Positions 51,844 through 59,474 of a DNA stretch of 64,000 nt are shown piece after piece (position 1 is the first letter of the stretch; every line of letters starts with the position of its first letter). The position numbers were made by a program, and so were the translations under genes. Source of the stretch: Chloroflexota bacterium (GTDB taxonomy: Bacteria; Chloroflexota; Limnocylindria; Limnocylindrales; CSP1-4). The notes under the pieces were generated by a model, which saw only the letters and a list, made by a program, of their open reading frames with translations, had not been told where the DNA came from and ran no database searches. The DNA is taken from positions 1,365 through 65,364 of the forward strand of contig VEOW01000064.1 of NCBI GenBank assembly GCA_012026785.1, given 5' to 3'.

Positions 51844-53247
51844 TCAGGCGAGATCCGCCGCGGGCGACCCGGGTGCCGGGGCGTCGAAGTGGTGGGCGGC
51901 TCGGTCGGCCGCCAGCTGTCCCAGCGTCGGGATCGGCCGAAGCTCGGGCCGGCCGGGGTCTCGAACGTCCTCCGCCCAGCGGGTCCTGACGAAGGCGTCG
52001 ACGACCTCGGGGGCGAACTGGACGCCGGCGAACTTCCGCAGCTCGGCGAGGGCCTGCTCGGTCGACAGGGCCTTGCGGTACGGCCGGTCGGCGGTCATCG
52101 CCTCGAAGGCGTCGGCGACGTGGAGGATCCGGGCGAGCTTCGGGATCTCGTCGCCCATCAGCCGGTCGGGATAGCCCGAGCCGTTGTACCACTCGTGGTG
52201 ATGCCGGATGACGGGCAGCTCGGGCGCCAGCCGATCGACGGGCCCGATGATCTGGGCCCCGAGCACGGGGTGGGCGTTCATCGTGATCCGCTCCTCGCGG
52301 GTCAGCTTGCCCTGCTTCAGCAGAACGCTGTCGGGGACCCCGATCTTGCCGACGTCGTGAAGCAGGCCGCCCCATTCGAGGGCCTCCAGCTCCGCGGCGC
52401 TCACCCGCATCACCCGACCAATGTCGACGGCGATCGTCCGCACGCGCTGGCTGTGCTTGCTGGTGTACGGGTCCCGCTTGTCGACGGCCTCGGCCAGGGC
52501 GCCGATGGTCTGGGTGAACATCTCGCGCATCTCGACGAACCGCTGGTACGCCACCCGCGTCGTAAACAGCGGCAGCCCGAACAGCAAGGTCGTCCACCAG
52601 CCGCCCCCTGGGATTTCGTACAGGCGCGCCATTAGCCACCCTAGGGGCGCCAGAGTCAGGAAGTTTGCCCAAATGTTCGCGGTTTCGGCACGGGCCAGAA
52701 ACTCTCGCGGGGAGCGGCCTTGCCGGATCAGAACGATCAGCGACACGAGGACGAGGTTGAATAGGAAGTAGAGCAGAGTGGCGGCGAGTGTCGCCAGAAA
52801 TTCCCAAAATAGCCCTTCGCCTAGACCGCGCACTCCGACAAGCACCATTCCCGCCAGGGTGACCGGGAGCACGATGGCGGCATGGTTCGCGAGCGTCCCG
52901 TACCAAGCTACTCGCCCGCGAAGTTCGCGGGTATCGGTTGTCCCGAGGAGTGCGACCCATGCCCCGGCCGTCGGTCCACCTAAGACCGTCGCGGCCATCA
53001 GCGGGGCAGTGGAAACGGCCACTTGAACGCCATCGGTAAGGCGGACCGGCAAGGCCGATGCGATCAGCGTCACCAAGGTCCAAAAGCCAAGCCCGGCGAG
53101 CACCTCTATCGGCGATACCTCGCCATGGACGCCGTCGAGTTCGATGGCGATGGTGTGCTCAACAGGAATCACAAGGCTCGTGGCCAGCAGCGCCAAGGCT
53201 GCTGCTCCCACGAGCCATGCGATGTATATCGCCAGGGATCGAGTCAA
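51844..53247 (-). CDS. Polytopic-membrane HD-GYP domain protein (c-di-GMP phosphodiesterase family)
   Basis: 467 aa with a TTG start and AAGGAG 12 nt upstream. There are about 7 TM segments in the first ~230 aa. The HD-GYP domain follows: DPYTSKHSQRV, LLHDVGKIGVPD, HHEWYNGSGYPD, ADAFEAMTADRPYR. Confidence 0.85.
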   Translation of the reverse strand: MTRSLAIYIAWLVGAAALALLATSLVIPVEHTIAIELDGVHGEVSPIEVLAGLGFWTLVTLIASALPVRLTDGVQVAVSTAPLMAATVLGGPTAGAWVALLGTTDTRELRGRVAWYGTLANHAAIVLPVTLAGMVLVGVRGLGEGLFWEFLATLAATLLYFLFNLVLVSLIVLIRQGRSPREFLARAETANIWANFLTLAPLGWLMARLYEIPGGGWWTTLLFGLPLFTTRVAYQRFVEMREMFTQTIGALAEAVDKRDPYTSKHSQRVRTIAVDIGRVMRVSAAELEALEWGGLLHDVGKIGVPDSVLLKQGKLTREERITMNAHPVLGAQIIGPVDRLAPELPVIRHHHEWYNGSGYPDRLMGDEIPKLARILHVADAFEAMTADRPYRKALSTEQALAELRKFAGVQFAPEVVDAFVRTRWAEDVRDPGRPELRPIPTLGQLAADRAAHHFDAPAPGSPAADLA

Positions 53248-53322
53248 CTCGCCTCTGTACTCCTTGGACCTACGTCCCGAACTCTAAGACCTAACGTCCG
53301 GGCCCTAAATGGTCCATGCGTA

Positions 53323-53418
53323 CTAGAAGCCCTTTAGAGTCGCTCCTCCGGCGAGGGCGGTCGCGGCGATGGCACTCAGGGTGATGGCCAGCCGCATCAG
53401 TCGGAGCTTCATGATCAT
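53323..53418 (-). CDS. Micro-ORF A (31 codons): Sec-type signal peptide followed by an 8-residue tail; candidate exported peptide or leader peptide
   Basis: Own translation, below the ORF-track cut-off: MIMKLRLMRLAITLSAIAATALAGGATLKGF-TAG. There is an in-frame TAA immediately upstream. It ends with the same TLKGF-TAG as micro-ORF B, with only synonymous differences. Confidence 0.4.
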   Translation of the reverse strand: MIMKLRLMRLAITLSAIAATALAGGATLKGF

Positions 53419-53426
53419 TTACCTGA

Positions 53427-53459
53427 CTAGAAGCCCTTGAGGGTCTGTTCCGGCTTCAC
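53427..53459 (-). CDS. Micro-ORF B (10 codons, GTG start) ending TLKGF
   Basis: The sequence reads AGGAGGA-cgagc-GTG AAG CCG GAA CAG ACC CTC AAG GGC TTC TAG. Its stop lies 8 nt before the micro-ORF A ATG. It is very short, so the coding status is speculative. Confidence 0.25.
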   Translation of the reverse strand: MKPEQTLKGF

Positions 53460-53496
53460 GCTCGTCCTCCTCGCGGTTTCCGCGTTCCACCCTGGA

Positions 53497-53526
53497 AACA
53501 CGAAAACCGACCAGACACTTGGTCGG
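53497..53526 (-). terminator. Intrinsic terminator candidate downstream of the STAND regulator / at the end of a structured leader
   Basis: On the minus strand: CCGACCA-AGUGUC-UGGUCGG (7-bp stem, 6-nt loop) followed by UUUUCGUGUUU. Confidence 0.55.
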
Positions 53527-53637
53527 TCGGTTGCACTACTCGCTCGATCCCACCCTAAGTGCCCATTTCAGGTGGGATTTCGGCGCGTCCGAGCGTTATT
53601 GAGATGACGCTCTCTTAGTACCGGAGTACTAGACAGC
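53527..53637 (-). ncRNA. Candidate structured leader RNA or small RNA between a promoter-like element and the terminator (class not recognised)
   Basis: Three perfect hairpins, read directly in plus-strand coordinates: 53617-53630 (AGTAC/GTACT), 53591-53612 (GAGCGT/ACGCTC) and 53547-53578 (ATCCCACC/GGTGGGAT, 16-nt loop). The region is AT-richer and contains no credible ORF. Confidence 0.35.
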
Positions 53638-53643
53638 GGCGGG

Positions 53644-53673
53644 ACTATAGGTATCCCGCTCCACCCCGGTCAA
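53644..53673 (-). promoter_or_regulatory. Sigma-70-like promoter candidate TTGACC-n18-TATAGT
   Basis: On the minus strand the -35 TTGACC (53673-53668) overlaps the regulator stop codon, and the -10 TATAGT is at 53649-53644. Read directly. Confidence 0.45.
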
Positions 53674-56600
53674 TACGCATGTCTACCTAATTGGCCCGCC
53701 TCGTTGAATGGCGTTGGTTCGACACCGAGCTCCTTCATCGAGCGGGCGTAGTGTGCGTAGGCCTCCGCGGCGGCAGCGTGCGCGCCCGAGTACCGGTACA
53801 GGCGGACAAGGGAAAGCTGGATTTCCTCGGAGTCTGGATCCACTTCGGCAGCGCGCTCCGCGAGGAACGTGCCGCGCTCCCACTGACCAGAGTCGATGTC
53901 CGCTCGAATGGCCCGCTCAACCGTCCGGAGGAAGCCTGCATGCAGCGCGTCTCGGAAGGGCTGCGCCCATTCGTCGTAGATGAAGTCCAGGGCAAATCGC
54001 CCCGAGTATTCCTTCGCTAGACGAACCGCGACATCGGGCTCCGGTGTCCCGGTTGTCTGGCGAACCAGCCCCAGGCACCGCTGGCTTCGTGCGTCAATCA
54101 ACTCGTCGTCGAGCCAAATCGTCTCCCCGTCCTGTTGGACGTATCCGGGTGATGTGTCGTCTCGGTAGTCGGGCTCGAACACCCGGCGAAGGAAGTACAC
54201 GGTCTGGTTCAGCGAATTCAGGGCGGACGCAGGATCCTGGTCCGGCCAGAGGCTATCGAGGACCTCATCTCTCGAGCAGGCAAACTCGACTTTCGTGAGC
54301 AGAAGACAAAGAAGGGCCAGGACCTTCCGCCGCACGCCCCCACCTTCAACTGTGCGCTCGCCAATCTGGATCCGGACGCGACCCAGATCCTCCACGGAGA
54401 CCCGCGGCGCGAGTCGACGAGCGAGCGAGCGACCAAGAGCGGCAGCTCGCGGATCGCGAAGAGACCGGGCCGCATCACGGAGTCGAGGAACGTCCTCGGG
54501 CTCACCAATCTGCTCGAGGAGCTGTCCGGCTGCCAGTCTCGTGGAGGCTGAAACCGAGCGCAGTTGAGCACGGGCAGCGGTTCGCCACCGTGGCGGAAGT
54601 CGGTGCGCCTCAGCCTCGATCACTCGCTGGGCCTCGACGCTGACCTCCGGCAATCGTCGCGCGACCACTTCCGCCCCCATTGTTAGAACCCTCGGGTTCT
54701 CTCCGGCGAGCCTCAGGATCACTTGGGACAAGTCGCCTTTGCCATGGGCGGAAGCTTCAAGAAGGCGCCCGTATCGCTCCCACAGGCGAGCCCCTTGGTG
54801 CGCCGCCAGGTCGATCGCCCGCGCAGCACCATGTCCTGCCGCAGGATCATCCTTCAAGCAGGCCAGCAGAACCTGGGCGAGCTGACGGCGCAGTTCGAAC
54901 GCGGGCGTCGTGCGCAGGGCGTTGCCGGGTAGCTTTCCGAGCGATTCGCCGGCCTCGTCGAGTCTCCCGATTTGAGCAAGTGCTACCGCACTGGCCAGAT
55001 GGGCCTTGTCCCTTTCATTCCGATCCTTTTCGATACGGCCGTCAACGCGGAGGAGGTGTGCTAGAGCGCGGTCGACGTCGCCGAAGAACTCCTCGATTTC
55101 CGCCGCTTCGACGGCGACTTCAACCGCTTGCCCGGCAGGTGCCGCCTCGATGGCGCGCTCTATTTCCAGCCGAGCTTCCTCGATGGTGCCCAGTTGGGCA
55201 AGTGACGCGGCGCGGGCCAGGCGTGACGACACGAGCTCGACACCTTGCGAACTCCGATTCAGTAGCTCGATTGAGTCCTCGGCCGCTTTCAGGGCGGCGG
55301 ACGCCTCTCCCATCGGGAGGAGCACTTGGGCGAGGTTGCAATACGTGACCCCTAGGAAGTGCGTTTCGGGACGGCCGCTGGCTCTGGCCGCGGTCCGCTC
55401 GAGCGCTTCAGCTGCGGTGGGCAGCAGGCCATCCGTCGACACCTCGAGACACAGCCGATAGGTTCGGGCGATCTCCGCCAATCGAGGCGGGGCGTACTCC
55501 TCAAGACGCCGACAAGCCTCGAGGGCACCGGCGGTGTCGCCTGCCAGATTCCGTGCCGACACGAGGTTGAGAAGCGCGGCCGTGTCGCCGGGGTCGGCGT
55601 GGATGGCGCGTTCGGCGAGATCGAGGCCCTCGACGGTGTTGGCGCGCTGCTGGGCAAGACGCGAGCGGATGACGAGGCCCGGGGCGCCGGGCAGCTCGCC
55701 GCCCGGAAGGCCACTCGCCAGCGACTGCGCGGCGGCGTACGCGCCAGTCGCGAGGATCGACTCGACCGCCCCGGTGAGGACGCGGCCGGCGCTCGTGGGG
55801 TCGCCAGCCGCGAGGTAGTGGCGGGCGGCGGTCTGCCAGTCGATCGCCTCGGCCGCGGCGGCAATTCGATGGTGGATGACTCGAACCTGGGCGTCGCCGA
55901 TCGAGCGCGCAAGGCGCGCCTGGAGAAAGTCTCGAACGAGCGGGTGGGCCCGGGCCACGTGGCGGGTGTTCGGGCCGCCCTTGCCGAGCAGCCCCAGACG
56001 CTCGCCATCGTCGATCCATCGAGCGGCTTCGGCCTCCGGAATGTCCGCCGCGACCGTGCCAAGCGGCAGATCGATGGTTTCGAGCAGGGAGGTCCGCATG
56101 AGGAACGCCTGCAGGTCGGGTTCGAGATCCCCGATGACCTCCTCGGCGAGATAGTCGTAGAGGTGCCCCTCGGCCCCGCTCAGCGACGAGATGAAGGCCC
56201 GGATCTGGGCCGGATCCCGGTCGTGGAGCGCGGATCGGACGAGCTGCAGCGAGGCGGCCCAGCCCTCTGTCCGCCGGGTGAGCTCGGCGACGAGCCCCGG
56301 TTCGAGACGCATCTCGTACGTCTCCCGGAACAGCCGCTCCGTCTCCTCGGCATCGAACCGGAGATCGTCGGTGCCGAGCTGGGCGACCTCCCCGAGCGCT
56401 CGAAGACGGGCCAGACGGAGGGGTGGTTCGCGGCGGCTGGCGAACACGAACGCGAGCCGCTCGGGTCCGCGGGCCAGCAGCTCCCGCACGACGTCCCGGA
56501 CGTCCGGAGAGTCGTCGACCAGGTGGAAGTCGTCGAAAACGAACGCGCTCGCGTCCGGCGGCAGCTGGCCGAGTTCGCGGAGGAAGGTATCGACGACCAT

Positions 56601-57113
56601 CTCGCGCGGCGGAGCGGCGGTCGCCGTCTCGCGGATCAGCGAGCCGGTCGCCTCGCCGAAGCCCGGGTGGTGGAGCCGGATGGCGGCCACGAGATAGGCC
56701 AGGAACCCAACCCAGTCGCGATCGCCCCGGTCGAGGCGGTACCAGAAGACGCGGACGCGGCTGCGGCGTGTGAAGTCGGCAAGGAGGGTTGTCTTGCCGT
56801 AGCCAGCCTCGGCGATGACCAGCACAGCCCGGCGGTGGATCTTGACCGACAGCCATTCCAGCAACCGATCGCGGGCCAGCGTCTCGTCCCGCAGCGGCGG
56901 CGCCTGGACCTGCGTGATCTGGACCGGATACTCGGACATGCCTCCGAGGAGCCCTCCGGTGGTCGCGTGGCTGGGCGTGGCCGGCGCCGAACCGGTGGGG
57001 ACGAGGGTCATGTGGGCGCTGCGGGGCGGCTCGGGCGGCGCGAACGATAGGGACGGGGCGCGAAGCGTATCAACGGCGAGGGCGGCCCGACGGTGCTGGG
57101 GCATGCCGGGCAT
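53670..57113 (-). CDS. Large STAND (MalT-like P-loop NTPase) + TPR/helical-repeat regulator with a C-terminal SARP-type wHTH + BTAD DNA-binding output
   Basis: 1147 aa. P-loop: VLVIAEAGYGKTTLLADF; Walker B-like FVFDDFHLV; MalT-like TEGWAASLQLV. A helical-repeat region of roughly 450 aa follows. The C-terminal wHTH is RRKVLALLCLLLTKVEFACSRDEVLDSLWPDQDPASALNSLNQTVYFLRRVF. The BTAD is YSGRFALDFIYDEWAQPFRDALHAGFL...DPDSEEIQLSLVRLYRYSGAHAAAAEAYAHYARSMKELGVEPTP. The start is uncertain (57113, 57011 or 56939). Confidence 0.85.
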   Translation of the reverse strand: MPGMPQHRRAALAVDTLRAPSLSFAPPEPPRSAHMTLVPTGSAPATPSHATTGGLLGGMSEYPVQITQVQAPPLRDETLARDRLLEWLSVKIHRRAVLVIAEAGYGKTTLLADFTRRSRVRVFWYRLDRGDRDWVGFLAYLVAAIRLHHPGFGEATGSLIRETATAAPPREMVVDTFLRELGQLPPDASAFVFDDFHLVDDSPDVRDVVRELLARGPERLAFVFASRREPPLRLARLRALGEVAQLGTDDLRFDAEETERLFRETYEMRLEPGLVAELTRRTEGWAASLQLVRSALHDRDPAQIRAFISSLSGAEGHLYDYLAEEVIGDLEPDLQAFLMRTSLLETIDLPLGTVAADIPEAEAARWIDDGERLGLLGKGGPNTRHVARAHPLVRDFLQARLARSIGDAQVRVIHHRIAAAAEAIDWQTAARHYLAAGDPTSAGRVLTGAVESILATGAYAAAQSLASGLPGGELPGAPGLVIRSRLAQQRANTVEGLDLAERAIHADPGDTAALLNLVSARNLAGDTAGALEACRRLEEYAPPRLAEIARTYRLCLEVSTDGLLPTAAEALERTAARASGRPETHFLGVTYCNLAQVLLPMGEASAALKAAEDSIELLNRSSQGVELVSSRLARAASLAQLGTIEEARLEIERAIEAAPAGQAVEVAVEAAEIEEFFGDVDRALAHLLRVDGRIEKDRNERDKAHLASAVALAQIGRLDEAGESLGKLPGNALRTTPAFELRRQLAQVLLACLKDDPAAGHGAARAIDLAAHQGARLWERYGRLLEASAHGKGDLSQVILRLAGENPRVLTMGAEVVARRLPEVSVEAQRVIEAEAHRLPPRWRTAARAQLRSVSASTRLAAGQLLEQIGEPEDVPRLRDAARSLRDPRAAALGRSLARRLAPRVSVEDLGRVRIQIGERTVEGGGVRRKVLALLCLLLTKVEFACSRDEVLDSLWPDQDPASALNSLNQTVYFLRRVFEPDYRDDTSPGYVQQDGETIWLDDELIDARSQRCLGLVRQTTGTPEPDVAVRLAKEYSGRFALDFIYDEWAQPFRDALHAGFLRTVERAIRADIDSGQWERGTFLAERAAEVDPDSEEIQLSLVRLYRYSGAHAAAAEAYAHYARSMKELGVEPTPFNEAGQLGRHAY

Positions 57114-57173
57114 CTTGCGGTTGCCCGCTCATCGGGCGGTTACCGCATCGTGGAAACGCTGTGGATAGCTCGG

Positions 57174-57377
57174 TCAGCCCTCGTATTCGAAGCCGATCTT
57201 GAGGTCGACCTGGTACTCGACGATCTCGCCGTCCTCGACCCGGGCCGTCGATTTCACGACCTCGATCGTCTGGATGTTTCGAACGGTCCGCGAGGCCGTC
57301 GCTACGGCCTGTCGTGCCGCATCGCTCCACGAATTGGGGCTCGTGCCAACCATCTCGCGAATGATGATCACGCCCAT
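57174..57377 (-). CDS. Dodecin-family small flavin-binding protein
   Basis: 67 aa: MGVIIIREMVGTSPNSWSDAARQAVATASRTVRNIQTIEVVKSTARVEDGEIVEYQVDLKIGFEYEG. This is the typical dodecin pattern. Confidence 0.8.
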   Translation of the reverse strand: MGVIIIREMVGTSPNSWSDAARQAVATASRTVRNIQTIEVVKSTARVEDGEIVEYQVDLKIGFEYEG

Positions 57378-57460
57378 GTCAGCCTCCTCCGACTGGGGGT
57401 TGAGATGGGTCGAGTGTAGGTCTGGCGGCGCGGCCGACGGCGGCCGTTACGGCCCGACGA

Positions 57461-57781
57461 TCAGCCCTGGACGGGCGCCGCCGCGGGCTCGATCAGGCCG
57501 GCTCGAACCTTGTCGAAGCAGCTGCTGCAGTACACGGGCCGGTCGGTCCGCGGCGCGAAGGGCACCATCGCCTGGTTGCCGCAGGCGTTGCAGATCGCCG
57601 CGTGGTACTCGCGTGGGCCGCCGTTGCGGGCGCGCTTGGCGATCGCCCGGCAGTTCGGGCAGCGCTGCGGCGTGTTCACCAGGCCCTTCTCGGCGAAGAA
57701 CCGTTGCTCGCCCGCGGAGAAGATGAAGCTCTCGCCGCAATCGCGGCAGCTCAGGGTCCGATCCTCGTACACGCCGTCCAT
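57461..57781 (-). CDS. Zinc-ribbon domain protein (four CxxC pairs)
   Basis: Track ORF 57461..57883 trimmed to the ATG at 57781 (MDGVYEDRTLSCRDCGESFIFSAGEQRFFAEKGL.NTPQRCPNCR...CNACGNQAMVPF.P...RPVYCSSCF). Confidence 0.75.
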   Translation of the reverse strand: MDGVYEDRTLSCRDCGESFIFSAGEQRFFAEKGLVNTPQRCPNCRAIAKRARNGGPREYHAAICNACGNQAMVPFAPRTDRPVYCSSCFDKVRAGLIEPAAAPVQG

Positions 57782-57947
57782 CCTCCGCTCGAGGGCCGCG
57801 TCTGTTCGCTTCGTCCCCCGCCCGTTGCGCCTGGACCGGTGGGCTCGCGGGGGGCGAGACCCTTGGGCTCGGATCCAGGGCACGGTCCGAATCTCGTGCC
57901 CGTGAGAATACGCACGCTCGTCAAGCGTGGGTGGCAGCGAGCGGCGG

Positions 57948-59297
57948 CTAGCTTGCCTCGGCGTAGCGCTGGCCGGCGTACGACTGGAAGCGTGTCTGGC
58001 TCTTGCGGAACCACAGCTGGATCTCGCCGGTCGGGCCGTTGCGGTGCTTCGCCAGCTTCACGTTCACGACCTCGCCATCGACGTCGGCGTCGTCCGCACC
58101 CTTCTCCTTCTCACGCCACAGGAAGACGACGAGGTCCGCGTCCTGCTCGATGGCGCCCGACTCCCGCAGGTCGGACAGCCGCGGCTCCTTCGACTCGCGC
58201 ATCTCCGGCTGGCGCGACAGCTGCGACAGCGCGATGACCGGCACGTTGAGCTCTCGAGCGAGCGCCTTGAGGCCCCGCGAGATCTCCGAGACCTCCTGGA
58301 CGCGGTTTGCATCCCGGCTCGTGGTCGTCGCCTGCATCAACTGGAGGTAGTCGACGATCACGAGGTCCAGGCCCGACTCGGCCTGCAGCCGGCGGGCCTT
58401 GGTCCGAAGCTCCATCGTGCTGATGTTCGGGGTGTCGTCGATGAACAGCGCCGCCTCGGACAGGTCGTTCATCGCCGGTGCGATGCGGGCGAAGTCCAGC
58501 TCCTCCAGGAAGCCCGAGCGAAGGCGCTTCGAGTCAATGCTGGCGACGCTCGAGAGCAGTCGCAGGACGAGCTGTTCCTTGCTCATCTCGAGGCTGAACA
58601 CGCCGACCGTCCGGCCCTCCCGGACCGCGGCGTGCTCGGCGACGTTCAGCGCGAAGCGCGTCTTGCCGACGCTCGGCCGGGCGGCGACGACGATCAGGTC
58701 GCTGCGCTGGAAGCCAGTCGTCAGCTGGTCGAGATCCATGAAGCCCGACGAGATACCGCTCAGCTCGCCGCGATGGGCGTGCAGGTAATCGAGGCGGTCG
58801 TAGGCCGCGTGGAGCAGCTCCCGAAGCTGGCTGAAGCCGGCGGTGATCCGGCGGTTCGAGACCTGGAACAGCTCCGACTCGGCGCGGTCGATCGCCTCCT
58901 GGATCTCCGACGGATCCTCGTACCCGATCCCGGCGATCTTGCCGGCCGCGCCGATCAGGTTGCGCAGGACCGCCTTGCGCTCGACGATCCGGGCGTACTG
59001 GACGGCGTGGACGGCTGTCGGCGTCTGGTTCGACAGCGTCGAGAGGTAGGCCCGTCCGCCGATCGACTCGAGGTCCTCGCTCCGTTCCAGCGTCTCGGCG
59101 ACGGTGACCAGGTCGATCGGCTCGCGTCGCTCGAACAGCTCCAGCATCGCCCGATAGACCTGCCCGTGGGCTTGGCGGTAGAAGTCCTCCGGGCGCAGGA
59201 ACTCGGCGATCTCGATGATCGCCTCGCGGTCGATCAGGATCGCGCCCAGGACGGACTGCTCCGCCTCGAGGCTGTGGGGCGGTAGACGGTCGATCAT
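57948..59297 (-). CDS. dnaB: Replicative DNA helicase DnaB (no intein)
   Basis: 449 aa. Motifs: PHSLEAEQSVLGAILID, Walker A VVAARPSVGKTRFAL, VDYLQLM, ALSQLSR. Confidence 0.95.
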   Translation of the reverse strand: MIDRLPPHSLEAEQSVLGAILIDREAIIEIAEFLRPEDFYRQAHGQVYRAMLELFERREPIDLVTVAETLERSEDLESIGGRAYLSTLSNQTPTAVHAVQYARIVERKAVLRNLIGAAGKIAGIGYEDPSEIQEAIDRAESELFQVSNRRITAGFSQLRELLHAAYDRLDYLHAHRGELSGISSGFMDLDQLTTGFQRSDLIVVAARPSVGKTRFALNVAEHAAVREGRTVGVFSLEMSKEQLVLRLLSSVASIDSKRLRSGFLEELDFARIAPAMNDLSEAALFIDDTPNISTMELRTKARRLQAESGLDLVIVDYLQLMQATTTSRDANRVQEVSEISRGLKALARELNVPVIALSQLSRQPEMRESKEPRLSDLRESGAIEQDADLVVFLWREKEKGADDADVDGEVVNVKLAKHRNGPTGEIQLWFRKSQTRFQSYAGQRYAEAS

Positions 59298-59474
59298 GCG
59301 TTCGAATGGTCCCCATCCGGTGTGACAGCTCGGTTGTCAGCGCCAAGGGTCGCCGCCCGGGCGCATCTGCCCAACCCGGTTGTCAACGAACCTCGTCCAC
59401 AACCCGCCATCCGGGCCGCCGAGACTGTGCAGAACCGTCGATGGGCCGTGGACACGCTCCGTCCCGGCGAGGTT

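Noticed and set aside
53267-53299. Direct repeats GACCTACGTCC / GACCTAACGTCC (21-nt spacing) as SARP-binding heptad-type repeats defining a promoter for the HD-GYP gene.
   Set aside because: They abut the HD-GYP Shine-Dalgarno sequence, which leaves no room for -10/-35 elements downstream of them. Each is also a small self-complementary hairpin (GGAC...GTCC). The function is undetermined, and they are mentioned only as an EMSA target.
53527-53637. Identification of the structured leader as a c-di-GMP-I (GEMM) or c-di-GMP-II riboswitch.
   Set aside because: The idea is tempting because an HD-GYP gene lies downstream. However, I could not find the conserved GEMM features as I remember them (paired hairpins with a GNRA tetraloop/receptor, GGCAAA...GACGCAAAGC). 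The only partial resemblance is GGACGCGCCGAAAUCC. The element is kept as an unclassified candidate.
59320-59460. Cluster of DnaA-box-like 9-mers (TCGTCCACA, TTGTCAACG, TTGTCAGCG, GTGTCCACG) upstream of dnaB as a possible replication origin or DnaA-titration site.
   Set aside because: Only one box is within one mismatch of TTGTCCACA, and there is no adjacent AT-rich unwinding element or dnaA/dnaN context. On the dnaB coding strand, the repeated CGGTTGTCARCG reads as TTGACA/CTGACA -35-like hexamers, which is a simpler explanation.
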